Shown piece after piece: positions 22,919 through 36,726 of a stretch of 64,000 nt of DNA. The stretch comes from Pecten maximus (lineage: Eukaryota). A model generated the notes under the pieces. That model saw nothing but the letters and a program-made list of their open reading frames with translations. It was not told the DNA's origin and searched no databases. The DNA lies in contig NC_047016.1 of NCBI RefSeq assembly GCF_902652985.1, positions 16,492,001 to 16,556,000 on the forward strand. The letters run 5' to 3'. Each line of letters begins with the position of its first letter. The first letter of the stretch is position 1. The translations under genes and the position numbers were made by a program.

Positions 22919-25900
22919 ATGGAGTTATTCCCCCTGAGTATGCATAGTAAAATAAATAAAACAAAACTAAATAAGATATTGCAAAGGTATTCTTTTATGT
23001 TTCAAATTTTCCAAATTTTACCAAAATGGGAAGCAAAAAGGATATGTTTTTGTGGGAGATATAAAATGAGCTATCAGTTACATAATCTATTCTGAATGTA
23101 TCTATATTTTTGTGTGGTTTTATTGTCATTAAATCCATAAAAAATATCACCACTCAAACAGTTCAACCTTTGCAATATACATAATCTTCTATACGCGTAA
23201 CTTTGGAACAATCTCTAGATAAACAATACAACGAATGGTGTAAATGATTTGTGATTTTATTTACAAACAATACAACCTAATTGACTCAGTCATAAGCAAG
23301 AAATGATGTATTGCATGTCGGTCGCCTAATAACACAATAACAAAGGAACATACTAAATAAAAATTACAGCCACAGTACTCAACCAATCACTAACTCACAT
23401 TTATACCTCAAGTTCAAATCAGCCAATCAGGATTAAGAATTCACAACATGTGATTCACCTCCATAACAACTGAATGATCTTGTGTCATATGAACTGTTAC
23501 TTGGAACAGTTAAGCATATGACTTCACTTAATTAACACATCTTATTACTGGTCTGTTATCAATAATGGCTACTAATTCAAAATGAAATAGTGTCAAATAA
23601 TTTCAATGGAATATGAATGCTGACAATGACCTATAAATGATCGCTAATATCTGATCATTTATCTGTTTCTGAATCAATTTCAAACATTCTGAATCATGTT
23701 AATATTCTTGTATATAATGTACGAAATGTAATAAAATATGGTTTAAACTAATTTCGAACATTGTAAACAACCTTTGTTACATTTTCTAAAAGTTGAGAAT
23801 ATTAAATGTATCAAACCACTTTCATCCTTCGAACAGTTAAGCAATGAAATTTTTCCTGAAATGAAAACTGCAACATCAAATTGATTCCAAGAAACTTCTA
23901 TGTATCATATTGATTTGAATTTAAAATGACGAAAATATGACAAAAACAACAGGTATAATGATGACAATATCCAGGTCATTAGGAAAGAGTGATGACTGAT
24001 GTCAACAAGTACAGAACAGCTGGTGGACAGTGTCACACCCTCAGTTACAATATCTGGTGGAAACAGTATCACACCCTCAGTTACAATATCTGGTGGACAG
24101 TGTCACACCCTCAGTTAAAGTATGTGGTCGAAATGGTATCAGATATTCAATTGAAATGCCTGTATTTCAATATTATGCAATATGGAATATTACTTTGAAA
24201 GTACATATATGTAATTTAATTCTAAATGCAGTGGTGAATTTGATAAATGATTACCACCAATCTAAAGGGTTATGTTACACTGTAACTCAACAGTTATTTT
24301 CAGCGTGTTAACCCAACAGTTATTTTCAGCGTGTTGAAAGATAAAGAATATTCTGGATATAACATTCATTTTATGTTTATTACACCAAACTGCCAAATTT
24401 CTAGATATTACAATTTACTCGACATTGTATGTCAATCAAACTGTAATGTTTTATAATTACCTACATCTGGCCATGTTTTATGTTGTTTACATAACAATAA
24501 CTAAATGATGTTCTGTACGACATTTTTCCTAAAGACCTGGATATTTGCGATAATGAATGACATTATAATATGATTGATTTTCACTGAATCAACGACATCA
24601 TGACAGTCAACTGGAATGACATAAATATAGAAACATGATTTAAAACATATCTAGAACACATCTACATCATGAGATATAAATAATAAAAAGTGTCACCCTG
24701 TTGTCAAAGATAAGCACTACCTCTTGGTGCCCCATCACGGTGTCCAATCAAGACAAAGATCTGGTGGGCAGGGCCTTTTAACAAGCCAACACAGTGGGGT
24801 ACACAAAGGGTGATTTGTTAAAAAAAAAACAAAGCTCTGACATATTTTACAAATTATGTACATGATTAAATCACAAATTCGGTTGTTTTTAATACCATTT
24901 GTTTCTAGCTATTTCTATATATATTAGATTTTTTACGATACGTACAGCTCTCTATCTCACTACTGTACAAAGCTAGATGAATGCAGTATAGCTTTTCTGC
25001 TGTGTAAAAAGGCAAAATAAATGCAAATTTGGTAAACTTTTTTTTTGTACATCTCTCATTTACAAGCTCATGCACACGCGATTGCCATTGTATAAAAATA
25101 TAACCCCAATCACATCCGACCTCTCAAGGTCATGTTGATATTGAGTAAGACTCTGTACCAGATCAAATCCATCTTGGAACACAGAATGTGTTAAAAAATG
25201 TATCTCCATTTTTGGAACTCTTGCCTAAAGATATATTCTTATTCGCACGTTTTTTGTTTTGTTTTTATTTTTCTTGACTCTTGATTAAAATGGTATATCC
25301 CATTTTGGAACTCTTGCCTAAAGATATTTTCAATGTCAATGTTTTTTTTGTTGTGTGTTTTTTTTTACTGTGATTAATTAAAATTTAAACTAGTTAACTA
25401 AATTGATTTCATACAGGAGAGGAAATTTAAAATCAATACTTTTCTTTGAATTATGTAAATATTTATGACATTGTATGTTTATATAGCTATATTTTGTAAT
25501 AATACCTATGAATGTTCCATGATGGGTTCCATCTTTGTTGGATATAAGTCATATATTTAGTTTCAATTAAAGTCACAACCCAAAGAGAATTCGATAAACT
25601 CATTAATTTGCATAAATTCTTATTTTCATATATATATGATATGCTAGATTAATGAATGAAACATGACATCACTTTTTGGTATCTGTTTTCTAAAAGCCAT
25701 AAAAAAATCTTTGTCCAGTTTTATATGTAACAGTGTTTTAAAGACTTAAATCATAACATATCAGTGTATATATGTAAATAATTACACATGCAATGGTTGA
25801 GCTGTTAAACCCTGAATACACATTACACATTTTGTTTTTTTTTTACATATTTTTATTTTTTTTTAATATAAAAGTCTATGTTAACGGTAAACAATTACAA

Positions 25901-26159
25901 AAGCGTTCAGTGTAAGCCTTTACCTACCAAGATAAGTAACTGTCGTCGTAACTGTTCTTGGCACTGAAAAGCTGAGATTCATTTTTCACTGAACACTTTT
26001 GTAAAAGACTGTACATAACTACTTCAAAAACATTTATACAAATTTAGTCAAAACCTGTGAAACAAAATTGAAACTAATACAAGGGTCGTCACATAAAATG
26101 GTCTGCATGACAAAGGGTTAAAGCTAGCAACTATGTAATATATAATTAATATGCCTTCA

Positions 26160-26700
26160 GTGGAGGGTACTAAGTACAATATATTGCACATACTTCCATA
26201 TAATGTACAATATATCGTACATACCTCCATAGTGGAGGGTACATAATGTACAATATATCGTACATACCTCCATAGTGGAGGGTACATAATGTACAATATA
26301 TGGTACATACCTCCATAGTGGAGGGTAAATAATGTACAATATATCGTACATACCTCCAGAGTGGAGAGTACATAATGTACAATATATACCTCCAGAGTGG
26401 AGAGTACATAATGTACAATATATTGTACATACCACCAGAGTGGAGGGTACATAATGTACAATATATTGTACATACCTCCATAGTGGAGGGTACATAATGT
26501 ACAATATATTGTACATACCTCCAGAGTGGAGGGTACATAATGTACAATATATTGTACATACCACCAGAGTGGAGGGTACATAATGTACAATATATTGTAC
26601 ATACCTCCATAGTGGAGGGTACATAATGTACAATATATCGTACATACCTCCAGAGTGGAGGGTACATAATGTACAATATATCGTACATACCTCCAGAGTA
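26160..26700. repeat. 43-bp minisatellite (~12 copies)
   Basis: Unit GTGGAGGGTACATAATGTACAATATATCGTACATACCTCCAGA. Confidence 0.94.
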
Positions 26701-28717
26701 AAGGATATTGATAACACATCTCAATATTAACTGTAACTTTTAATTTTTGAACTGAATACAGAAGGTCTCACAGTAAATGAAGGTTTTATATACAAAGCTC
26801 TGTTGGTATTTTGTCACATCCTCAACTGGTTGTACAAAAAGAGCTTTTAATCAGGGTTTTTTTTATAGAATATTTTCACATTTATTTATTCGTTAATCAA
26901 TAGTTTACCACCTACATGACTTGCCTACTGCCAGGATGTGTCTCCTTGACTTAGGTCAGCATTTGGTTGGTATCGCAAAACACTACATTTATTTAACTGA
27001 TGAAATTAGATACATGTACTCAGAACTTAATAGGAAGTTTTTCTTTTCATAATTAACATTTCAAACAAAAAGACAAAATTTCTGTGAACAAAATTTTTGA
27101 GCGTTAATTCTTTATTTCACACAGAATTCAAATTAAAGATTTTTGAAATTATTTTCTAATAAATTTGTAAATGTGTGATCATTGATCACAATATAATTTC
27201 CGCATGTAAAATATTTTGGGCAAGGGGGACCACTCCAGTTTAAACATAAATATAACAGAGATCATTGTCCATATGGTCAAAATGTCACACTTTTTTGGTC
27301 AATGGTAACGAAGAATTGAAAAAAATAGAATTGTTTTCTTGACTTTACAATGGCATCACTAATAATGAAAACATCAGCATTATATAATATTAAACATATT
27401 GCACCTTTTAAATTTTACAAATAATCATTTATTTTTATCAAGCAATTAACAATAAGGGAGGAAGATTACAACATAAAGAAGATGAAATTTATCTTTATAA
27501 TCAAAATGTACATATGTATCCCCACCCCATTCTATAGGGAACCTTCCGAGAGGAATCCATACCTCGTTCTCAACGATCCCTTACAGTTTTGTATCCTGTC
27601 TTAAATAGCCACAGTTATTCAATATAAATGAAGAAGCAAAATGGTTCCATAAAAACTGATAAAAAACTTCGCAGAATGCAAAGATGCAAAGGCATTTGAT
27701 TTCACAGAATTAAGACATATATAGCAATTTAGCACTATGATTGTTTAAACACAATGGAATAATATATATATATATATCTACCCCATAATTTATTGTTTTG
27801 TAAACAGAGATAATACTATTATCTCAATAATGTTCTCCATATACACATGACAATGGCACAACTAAAACAATCAATTCCCCACCCTCATTCGGCCCCTCCC
27901 CACACAGACAAGGGGACATAACCCAGTTACATTCTCAATGCTTTTGAACACTTTTATGGTTATATATGGGTGTTAGATAAAAATCTTTGCAAGTGACTGG
28001 AATTAAATATTATTGATTCAAAAATAATCAATATGCAGTTGCTAACCACTTTTCAGCACTCTTGTTCTTCCCTGGATGATCACAGGGCAGATAACTGATG
28101 TTGATAAAGGGCAGATAACCCTTACCCTCTCATGGTTAGGCAAATGTAGCTGTGATACACTTATATGTTGGAGCACGAAGGTGTAAATTTATTTCTGTAT
28201 CATCAGAAATATGTCAAACATTTATAAATAATCTATCATGGTAATACTATACATATCTCCTTCTCCTTGGATTTCTTCATTATCACAACATAGGTGAGTA
28301 TGAACACACTCACGCGAGTACGTGTGTAATTCAGATCATCGTAACACAATCTTTATCACAATTCCATTCGTATGACTATATATGGCAACTGATGTGTCAA
28401 CTTCGGTGATGCACAGCACAAGGAAGGGTCCACTGTTGATAGGGTCATAGCACCTGTCATTGAAGGCAGGTATCAACTCACCTGCCACCCCTCTCTTTAC
28501 GGTTGGGACAGCCCAATCATCACCTATCCCAATCACCAAAGTTTGTCTTTGGTTTCGTTGAAAGGAAGTCCACATTTCCCATGTTGCACCAAACATGATC
28601 AATCCGTTTCACCGGAAAGTTTGAATGACTAGTAATTTTACTGGGTCACAACCTTGAAGCATAAGACAAACCCAGACTTAGAATACATTCTTAGGTAGTA
28701 TTCAAAATTCATTGTGA

Positions 28718-29050
28718 TCAACAAATGGGCACCCTGATCTGGTTCATCATTTCGTCTTTTGGGTTGTAACCCATGTTTTTTCTCTGCAAGAACATGTGAA
28801 TTTCTCTGTAGGAAGGCCTATAGCACTCATTCCTGTTCCAGCACTCGTACATTAAGTCGAAGATCTCCTTGGGGCAGTTACTAGGCTGGGGTAGGTAAAC
28901 CTCTTTGTTATCATTACGATAATAATGTCCAGCATTCTCGATCACCTGTTCGTCAGTCAGACTGTCGAAGGGCTGGTCCTTGGCGAAGGTTAATACTTCC
29001 CACAGCGTCACAGCAAATGACCAAACATCACTCTTAGTGGTAAATTTACC
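28718..29050 (-). CDS. DDR: Discoidin domain receptor, last exon (kinase C-lobe)
   Basis: ttttcag|GGT AAA TTT. Encodes GKFTTKSDVWSFAVTLWEVLTFAKDQPF...CW.RNE..RPS...RVPIC*. Confidence 0.95.
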   Translation of the reverse strand, partial: GKFTTKSDVWSFAVTLWEVLTFAKDQPFDSLTDEQVIENAGHYYRNDNKEVYLPQPSNCPKEIFDLMYECWNRNECYRPSYREIHMFLQRKNMGYNPKDEMMNQIRVPIC

Positions 29051-29053
29051 CTG

Positions 29054-29297
29054 AAAACAAATGTTGGATTTATGTTAACACTTCTATAAAACAAATGTTG
29101 GATTTATATCAACACTTCTATAAAACAAATGTTGGATTTATATCAACACTTCTATAAAACAAATGTTGGATTTATATCAACACTTCTATAAAACAAATGT
29201 TGGATTTATATCAACACTTCTATAAAACAAATGTTGGATTTATGTCAACACTACTATAAAACAAATGTTGGATTTATGTTAACACTACTGTAAAACA
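29054..29297. repeat. 34-bp minisatellite (~7 copies) abutting the DDR last-exon acceptor
   Basis: Unit AAAACAAATGTTGGATTTATATCAACACTTCTAT. Confidence 0.93.
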
Positions 29298-29516
29298 TGA
29301 CAAATGTGTGCAGCTTAATCAACAATTTGATCAGAAAAAATCTTCAAATTGTTGGAAATCAAACCTAATTATGATACAGTATCAATTCTTTTCGCCTACT
29401 TATGACGAAGGAGTACATGTGAGACAAACATGTTACTTTTTTCGAGAATTGGTGAAAACTGCATCAAAAATGTTTGAATTGATTTGAAACTGTGCAGGTT
29501 CATTTAAGCTACATAC

Positions 29517-29751
29517 CAGGAGGATACTTTCCCAGGCCATCCAGCGGATTGGTAGGACAGCACGGCCCTCTATCCGATAGTAGTCAGCACTGTACAGGCT
29601 ACGACTCATACCGAAGTCAGAAATCTTAATGGTGAAGTTTGTCCCCACCAGACAGTTGCGTGTAGCTAAGTCTCGATGAACCATATTGAGGGATTCCAAG
29701 TATTTCATTCCAGAAGCAATCTGAGAGGCCATGTAAATCAGACATCCATAA
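29517..29751 (-). CDS. DDR: DDR kinase exon (catalytic loop, DFG, activation loop)
   Basis: Encodes [36 protein letters not shown]...[35 protein letters not shown]; GT-AG bounded. Confidence 0.97.
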
Positions 29752-29928
29752 CTAAGGAGAATAAACAAAAAGGAAAACTGGTCAGTTACTTTAGTTTTCA
29801 TGTATGGATTATGCATAAAGGATATACAATCAGCAAATATCTTTTGTACCTGAAAACACATTTTCAATCCCCAACATGTCAATATTTTTTTTAAACAATA
29901 GATATTGAAAATGTAACAAATGATCTAC

Positions 29929-30126
29929 CTCAGTGTTTTAGCATTAGTTGCCTGGGCAACTGGGCTCTCTGGTACATGGTCCAGCAGGAACTGGTTCAGG
30001 TCTCCGTACTTCATGTACTCTACAATCATACACAGCGGCTCCTCGTGTGTACACACGCCCAGGACACGCACAATGTTGGGATCCTTAAGCTGGGACATGA
30101 TCTTGATTTCCTTATGGAAGTCAGAC
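29929..30126 (-). CDS. DDR: DDR kinase exon (alphaC to hinge)
   Basis: Encodes SDFHKEIKIMSQLKDPNIVRVLGVCTHEEPLCMIVEYMKYGDLNQFL; phases match both neighbours. Confidence 0.96.
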
Positions 30127-30589
30127 CTGTATGATCAACAAAAAATATAACAATTATGTTTCCTTCTCTTTTGTATTGAAAGTAGAAGTGACCTTAATTA
30201 TCTTTACACAATATAACTGATCAAAGCAAGCTAAATTAAATACATAATACTTAAATTATAAATCAATTCATATAAAGGTTTCCTCAATTTTTTTAAAACA
30301 TAAATTCTTTATTTTTCTCTCAAGCATTTTATGGCGGTCTATATAAGGACCTAGAAATGTAACATATCATGAACGATGAATGCCCTAATTCCCATGCAAA
30401 ATAAAGTTACTCTTTGATAAATTTCTATAAATAGAAACATAAAGTTAAATTCATATTGTGTATCCTCCGTCACAGAAACAATTTGACAGAAATATCAAGG
30501 TAACACCATATGCCCCATATGAAAATAACTGGAACAGGGGTAATAAAGATCATTAAGTTAGACGATAATCTGCCTTCGTTGTGTGTTAC

Positions 30590-30717
30590 CTAGCCCGGTC
30601 ATCTGCATTCCTTCTCAACATCTTCACAGCCACTAACACTGGTCGAGAGCTCGTCCGGTTTCCAAAATATTCGTCGTTAATAAATTCCCCGCAATTAATG
30701 GCCTCACAAAGGTGGAC
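30590..30717 (-). CDS. DDR: DDR kinase exon (VAVK)
   Basis: Encodes VHLCEAINCGEF...PVLVAVKMLRRNADDRAR. Confidence 0.96.
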
Positions 30718-31040
30718 CTGAAATTCAGTAGGAAATGTATTAGTTTATAGGATAGGGGAGATTTTCCTTCATTGAACTCTTACATTATCATAGTTTCCAA
30801 CGAATGTCGGGACAATGTCCTCAGTGTACTTAGGAGTGAATACAATTTCTAGTGAATCTCAGAGAATCTATCAGAAATCTCCTTATTTTACAGATTTATC
30901 TAAGGGTGTGTATTTCTTCAATTACTTTCATAAACCTAGAATCAATTTAAAAAACTCAAACTGTTACATAAAAAACATGCAGATGAGCTAAGAACTTTCT
31001 AAGGTAAAATAATAAATAGAAATTTCCAAAGAAACCTTAC

Positions 31041-31399
31041 CTCGCCAAACTGACCCTCGCCGAGCACTTCTATGAACTGAAGACTGTCTCGGGGGAACTG
31101 CATGACCGAGTGTTCCAGAGAAAGGAGGAGTTCAGCATTGGGTACAGCATACACATTGTTTCCACTAACACCCTGTAGACTTGGGATGTTTGGCACCTGC
31201 ATGTTATTGATAACGTCAGCTGCCGCATACAGGGCGTCGTACGTCGGGGGCTTGTCCAGGGAGTTGGTCATGAGGGAAGGTGTGCCCCCAGCAGATTTTG
31301 GGGTGGCATTGCTCCTCAAAGGAGGCTGAGGGGGCTGCGGTGGAAGGGCTACCACCAAAGCAGACTTGGTCACATCGGGCACGGCATAGTCACGGGAAT
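31041..31399 (-). CDS. DDR: DDR juxtamembrane exon and Gly-rich loop
   Basis: cttag|AT TCC CGT. Encodes DSRDYAVPD...LYAAAD...LQGVSGNNVYAVP...FPRDSLQFIEVLGEGQFGE. Confidence 0.95.
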
Positions 31400-33214
31400 C
31401 TAAGTAAGTAAAAGTTTCATTTCTGTTTTGTTATTCAAAGATAATAAAAAGTGTAAAAAATATAGAAATTTAGTGATATCTCATACACCAGTTACGACTT
31501 TGTGATGAGGATTACATTTAAATGATTACATATTGTTAAACAACTAATCAGTGGTATCATTTCCAAATCGATGATTTACATTATGTATAAAAGTTCTCGT
31601 AAAATAATATTCTACAGATCAATACACACATAGATAATAGTGATATCAACAGTAGCATTATCTATTTCTACTTTAGAACAATCCAATCAAGATAAAAAAA
31701 GTGGAAAATTCAAGCTATATTCACAAAATGCATGAGAATCTAAAGGCAGTATTTATAATTCTTATTAGAATAATATTGTAGATATAAGAATGATTTGTTT
31801 TTACTCCCACCTCTGTACCTGGCATTTCTAATTTGCCCAAATTGATGGCAATAAATTCAATAAAGCTTTTAAACTCTTTTTATTATAATTCAATCGAGCA
31901 AGTATTTGGATAAAGCAGAAAAATGGTATACATAAATGTATTACCAAAGCAGTGTGCAAAGCTTTGTAGCGTTTGTTTTAATGATGTATTTTTGAAAAGC
32001 AATGTCACTTATATATGTCGTCAATCAAAAGGACAATTCTAATGATGTGGCAATGTGTACATCATAAATTTCAAAATGTTGGATATTTGAAATGTCTTGC
32101 AAATATAGAGGTGAGAGAAAAGTAAAGCCTTACTATTAACTGAATGAAAAAATTGGACAGCAGTCAATTCACCAAATCCCAAACATTCAAGGGCAGAAAC
32201 CACTTTACAATAAGTTGTAAGTATTTGGAATATTCCATTGTGAGGTAAGGGCGGGAGGGTGTAAATATGGTATACATTGGTCTCATCTGTAATCTCTCAA
32301 AGTCTGAATTCTGCCTTCAACCTGATCTATCTACAAAGTTTATCGGTGTGTCATTCAGATTTCTGCTTCTATTTATCTTTATGGATATTATTGTGTTTTG
32401 ACCGTTATTACAAATCATGTTTTACCCTCATAGATTTTTCTGGAAGAAATAAGACATGATCTGCAAGATCAATGGTTATCGCTTGATCTTGAGGAACAAA
32501 GAGAGAGTTCTGTGATCAATGGAGATAATCAATAAGTTCTGTGATCAAGCGGAGATAACTGATAAGTGCCTTGATCAAGGGGAGATAACTGATAAGTTCT
32601 GTGATCAAGGGGAGTTAACTGATAAAACATACATTTCTGTCAAAGGAATGATCACAATTCTAGTCCACATTTATTCCATCATACACATCATACAACATCC
32701 AATTTGAAGCAAATGAACTACAAGCCAAGCAAATACTGCATTCCTTGATCATATCCACTCATTCCAAATGACAGGACTCCTATGTAGAAATCCTAAAGAT
32801 TTCGGATCCTACATGCCAGCCCCTTACAACAATACAATATACAGGTCAACACGTCTGCCTATATATATATGGGGTTCCAAACATGGGATTATCTTTTGGA
32901 AATATGGAGATCGGGATTTACTACAACAAACCATTCAGAACATCTCTCCATTCTTCCACTAGAAGAAAATGGAGAGGTGTTCCAAATGGTGTAGCGAACA
33001 TGCTTCACAACACCAGATGTCGTAAATTCCTTCAATGTCTTCATAAAATTTTATAGCAAAAGTGTTATTAATATTATAAAATAGAACCTAAATTCCTTCT
33101 GTTGTTTTCATACACTAAACTTTTACAGTGAAAAAAGTTATTGTAGTGAAATATATCAACTTTCGTAAACTTTGATCAAGCATCAAAATGATTGTGTTGA
33201 CTTGGTGTATATTG

Positions 33215-33435
33215 TTACGTAGGTCACTATTAAGTGACTTAGTTTATATGATTATGTAGGTCACTCAGATGAAATGACCTGGTTTATATGATTATGTAGG
33301 TCACTCAGATAAAGTCACTTAAGTTTATATGGTTATGTAGGTCATTCAGATGAAGTGACCTAGTTTATCTGGTTATGTAGGTCACTCAGATGAAGTGACC
33401 TAGTTTATATGGTTATGTAGGTCACTCAGATGAAG
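33215..33435. repeat. 40-bp minisatellite (~5 copies) with an internal palindrome
   Basis: Unit TTATGTAGGTCACTCAGATGAAGTGACCTAGTTTATATGG. Confidence 0.88.
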
Positions 33436-33946
33436 GGGTTAAGTATGAGTAAGGCTATATATTGTAATCATGGTTAAATATCTCAGTAGAAGACTCTTAT
33501 TATTTTTCCAAAAAAGTAACAGTGCATATATGGCTTTAAAGAAAGATGTGCAACACCGTTAGAATTCCAGAAATTAATGAAATTTAACAGGAGAAATGTA
33601 GAATGATCGTATCCACAATGATTTCAAATTAAATTCTCTTTCCTTTTTTTTTTTTACAAAATTCTTTCTGTTACAGTCATTACAGTCTTTGTAAGGAATT
33701 GAAGTAGACTTTTTTTTTACTGATGAATCATTATAAGTTTAACAATCAAACAAAACAAACAATGAGAAATAATTTTCTATGAATGTCCATTGTAAATGCA
33801 GATTCTGAGTACAAGGAGGTTTTGGGAATAGCTGAAGGCAGTATACTTGGTAGGGGCAGGCATTATATTTGATCTGGTAAGCAGTATCAGGCGAATCCAC
33901 ATGGCACCCTCGGCATGCTCTGGTATTAGATTAGACCAATGTATAC

Positions 33947-34373
33947 CTGTTCCTTCAGATGAACTCGGGAAGTCAGGGAGTTCCCTCCCTTGAATTGAAT
34001 CTTTAGGATCCGAGTATGGACACGAAGGAGTTGGACTCTTACATAATTTTTCACCTCCATTGCAAAGGTCTCGATCAACATCGTCGTCAGTGGCTACGCT
34101 ATTGTAGACATTGCCATTGGAGACTTTTCCATTGGTTTGGCCTTGGAGATCACTAAGGTTCACAGCGAATATGTCGGTCGACAACTGGTTTCAAGCTGCG
34201 ACGGTTGTTGTTCTGCTTCATCCTCTTATGGCGGATAATGAAAGTCACAAGAACAACAAAGAAGACGAGTAGGAGACCACCCAGGGCACCAATGATAATC
34301 CCGATGTGATCGTCTTTCATTGTAGCTGTTTCCTTGGTTTCTGGGTGATCGTTATGCTTATTTCTACCTATAC
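33947..34373 (-). CDS. DDR: DDR transmembrane exon, with an apparent 1-bp frameshift near 34168-34170
   Basis: TM segment IGIIIGALGGLLLVFFVVLVTFII followed by RHKR. The 3' part (AVNLSDLQGQTNGKVSNGNVYNS...RELPD..EGT) is in another frame. The exon is 427 nt (3n+1) between two phase-1 introns. Confidence 0.88.
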
Positions 34374-34972
34374 CTAAAAAAACACCAGAAAAAGATTTTA
34401 AAATAAATCAATTCAAAATACAAATAATTTTACAATCTATTCAATTTTACTTTGACTGATTTTAATACAATAATTACTTTTGAAACAGTTTAAGACTTTC
34501 CGTTGCATAATGAGGGAATGTATTATTACCAATATCTTGATACATATAGCATATTTTACATTGAATGCAAAAGAAATCAGTACTATGATGACAAAGGCTG
34601 TCACACAAATAATGACAAGTATAGTAAGTGCAGGGATCAGCTGAGATATATATGTATATTGCAAACCTATAGACAAGTACTATACATGCCATAGAAAGGA
34701 GTATTAATTTGTCAGATGAAGAAGCTCACAGTCCTGATGACTGCTGTGATGGACATTAGTTGGCATTAGTGATATTCAACTGTTAGATAGTGAAGTGGTC
34801 TGTACAAGTGATTTTTGAAATTTTCAACAACAAGCAACATTCAACTTCAAAACCTTGACATAACCTTAGCCTTAAATGGGTGTTGTAGCTAGGACATAGA
34901 TATTACATGGAACTGTAGAAGTAGGGGCCCCGAGGCTTCAGTAACAGGAGACTATCATAGAATATTTCTTAC

Positions 34973-35104
34973 CCACATCAATCTCCGGCTTATCAACATT
35001 GATATCACTAATATCGGGATGAACCATGGTCTTGGATTTGCTTGTAGTGGGACTGAACGTTGTAGGGGGCGGAGCTTCCATTGTGAAGTTGCCATTGGCT
35101 GGTT
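34973..35104 (-). CDS. DDR: DDR extracellular stalk exon (Pro/Thr/Ser-rich)
   Basis: taacag|AA CCA...GTG G|gtaag. Encodes EPANGNFTMEAPPPTTFSPTTSK...PEIDV; 132 nt, phase 1-1. Confidence 0.88.
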
Positions 35105-35864
35105 CTGTTATAAAGATATGATATCAGCTAATGAAAAACCATGGCTGACAATACAACAGATCCAATGATAAACTTTTGATTTTTAATCCTTTGAAATTGT
35201 CATTAATTCCAAAGCCATAATAAATGTTAATAGACCATTGGAATGAAATAAATTTCATCTAAATGAAATAATTTGAACAGTTTTGAATTTTACTACTGTC
35301 ACCGAGACAAATAAATGATCTTTTGTCTCTGTGCCAAGATCCTCCTCTGTTAATATTTCAATGATAAACTGAAGAATATTTTGATGGCGATAAAATCTTT
35401 TAGATGGTCACACTATCATAAAAACCAGTATTGTTACTTGACTGTGAAATATGACCTATATATCAAGCAAATGTGGTAGACTATGCATAAGAAGTGAGGA
35501 TGCACTTAATACTTACCTGACAGCATCCTTATTGTTGTAAAATATTGTCACTCTATTTACTTATCCATATGTATATACACTTATCATTGATTTAGAGAAT
35601 TTTCTCGAGTTACATTAACTCTTCAATTTTAGTGGAGTTAGTCTCACGTAATGACGATGAGCATACAAATGAAACTGATTGCATAACAATTAATATTATC
35701 AAGAATTCATCGGCCATAATACTGATTAACTTTAATACCTAAACTCAGGTAATTTGTTTGAGAACAACACATTTATAATGGAATTTTGTATTTCAATATC
35801 TAATGGATTAGGTGAAAGAATGAAAAGTAGACAGTATTTGTGAAAGAAAAAATGTTTTTTCAAG

Positions 35865-36726
35865 GGGAACAGTAGAGATATGTGTGTTGGGGGAACAGTA
35901 GAGAAATGTCTGTTGGGGGAACAGTAGAGAAATATGTGTTGGGGGAACAGTAGAGAAATGTGTGTTGGGGGGAACAGTAGAGAAATGTGTGTTGGGGGAA
36001 CAGTAGAGAAATATGTGTTGGGGGAACAGTAGAGAAATATGTGTTGGGGAACAGTAGAGAAATGTGTGTTGGGGGGAACAGTAGAGAAATGTGTGTTGGG
36101 GAACAGTAGAGAAATGTGTGTTGGGGGACAGTAGAGATAGGTGTGTTGGGGGAACAGTAGAGAAATGTGTGTTGGGGGAACAGAGAAATGTGTGTTAGGG
36201 GGAACAGTAGAGAAATGTGTGTTGGGGAACAGTAGAGAAATGTGTGTTGGGGAACAGTAGAGAAATGTGTGTTGGGGGGAACAGAGAGAAATGTGTGTTG
36301 GGGGGTAACAGTAGAGAAATGTGTGTTGGGGAACAGTAGAGAAATGTGTGTTGGGGGGAACAGTAGAGAAATGTGTGTTGGGGGGAACAGTAGAGAAATG
36401 TGTGTTGGGGGGAACAGTAGAGAAATGTGTGTTGGGGGGAACAGCAGAGAAATGTGTGTTGGGGGGAACAGTAGAGAAATATGTGTTGGGGGGAACAGTA
36501 GAGAAATGTGTGTTGGGGGGAACAGTGAGAAATATGTGTTGGGGGGAACAGTAGAGAAATGTGTGTTGGGGGGAACAGTAGAGAAATATGTGTTCGGGGG
36601 AACATTAGAGAAATATGTGTTGGGGGGAACAGTAGAGAAATGTGTGTTGGGGGGAACAGTAGAGAAATATGTGTTGGGGGGAACAGTAGAGAAATGTGTG
36701 TTGGGGGAACAGTAGAGAAATGTGTG
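35865..36726. repeat. ~27-bp G-rich minisatellite (~32 copies)
   Basis: Unit GGGGGGAACAGTAGAGAAATGTGTGTT with a variable G run. Confidence 0.95.

Noticed and set aside
26048-26724. Three overlapping minus-strand ORFs
   Set aside because: Artefact of the 43-bp repeat.
28336-28602. 88-aa ORF downstream of the DDR stop
   Set aside because: No recognisable homology; it lies in the presumed 3' UTR.
34150-34200. Programmed ribosomal frameshift or micro-intron explaining the DDR frame break
   Set aside because: No convincing slippery site, and the local GT..AG spans (30 and 33 nt) are too short and do not restore the frame.
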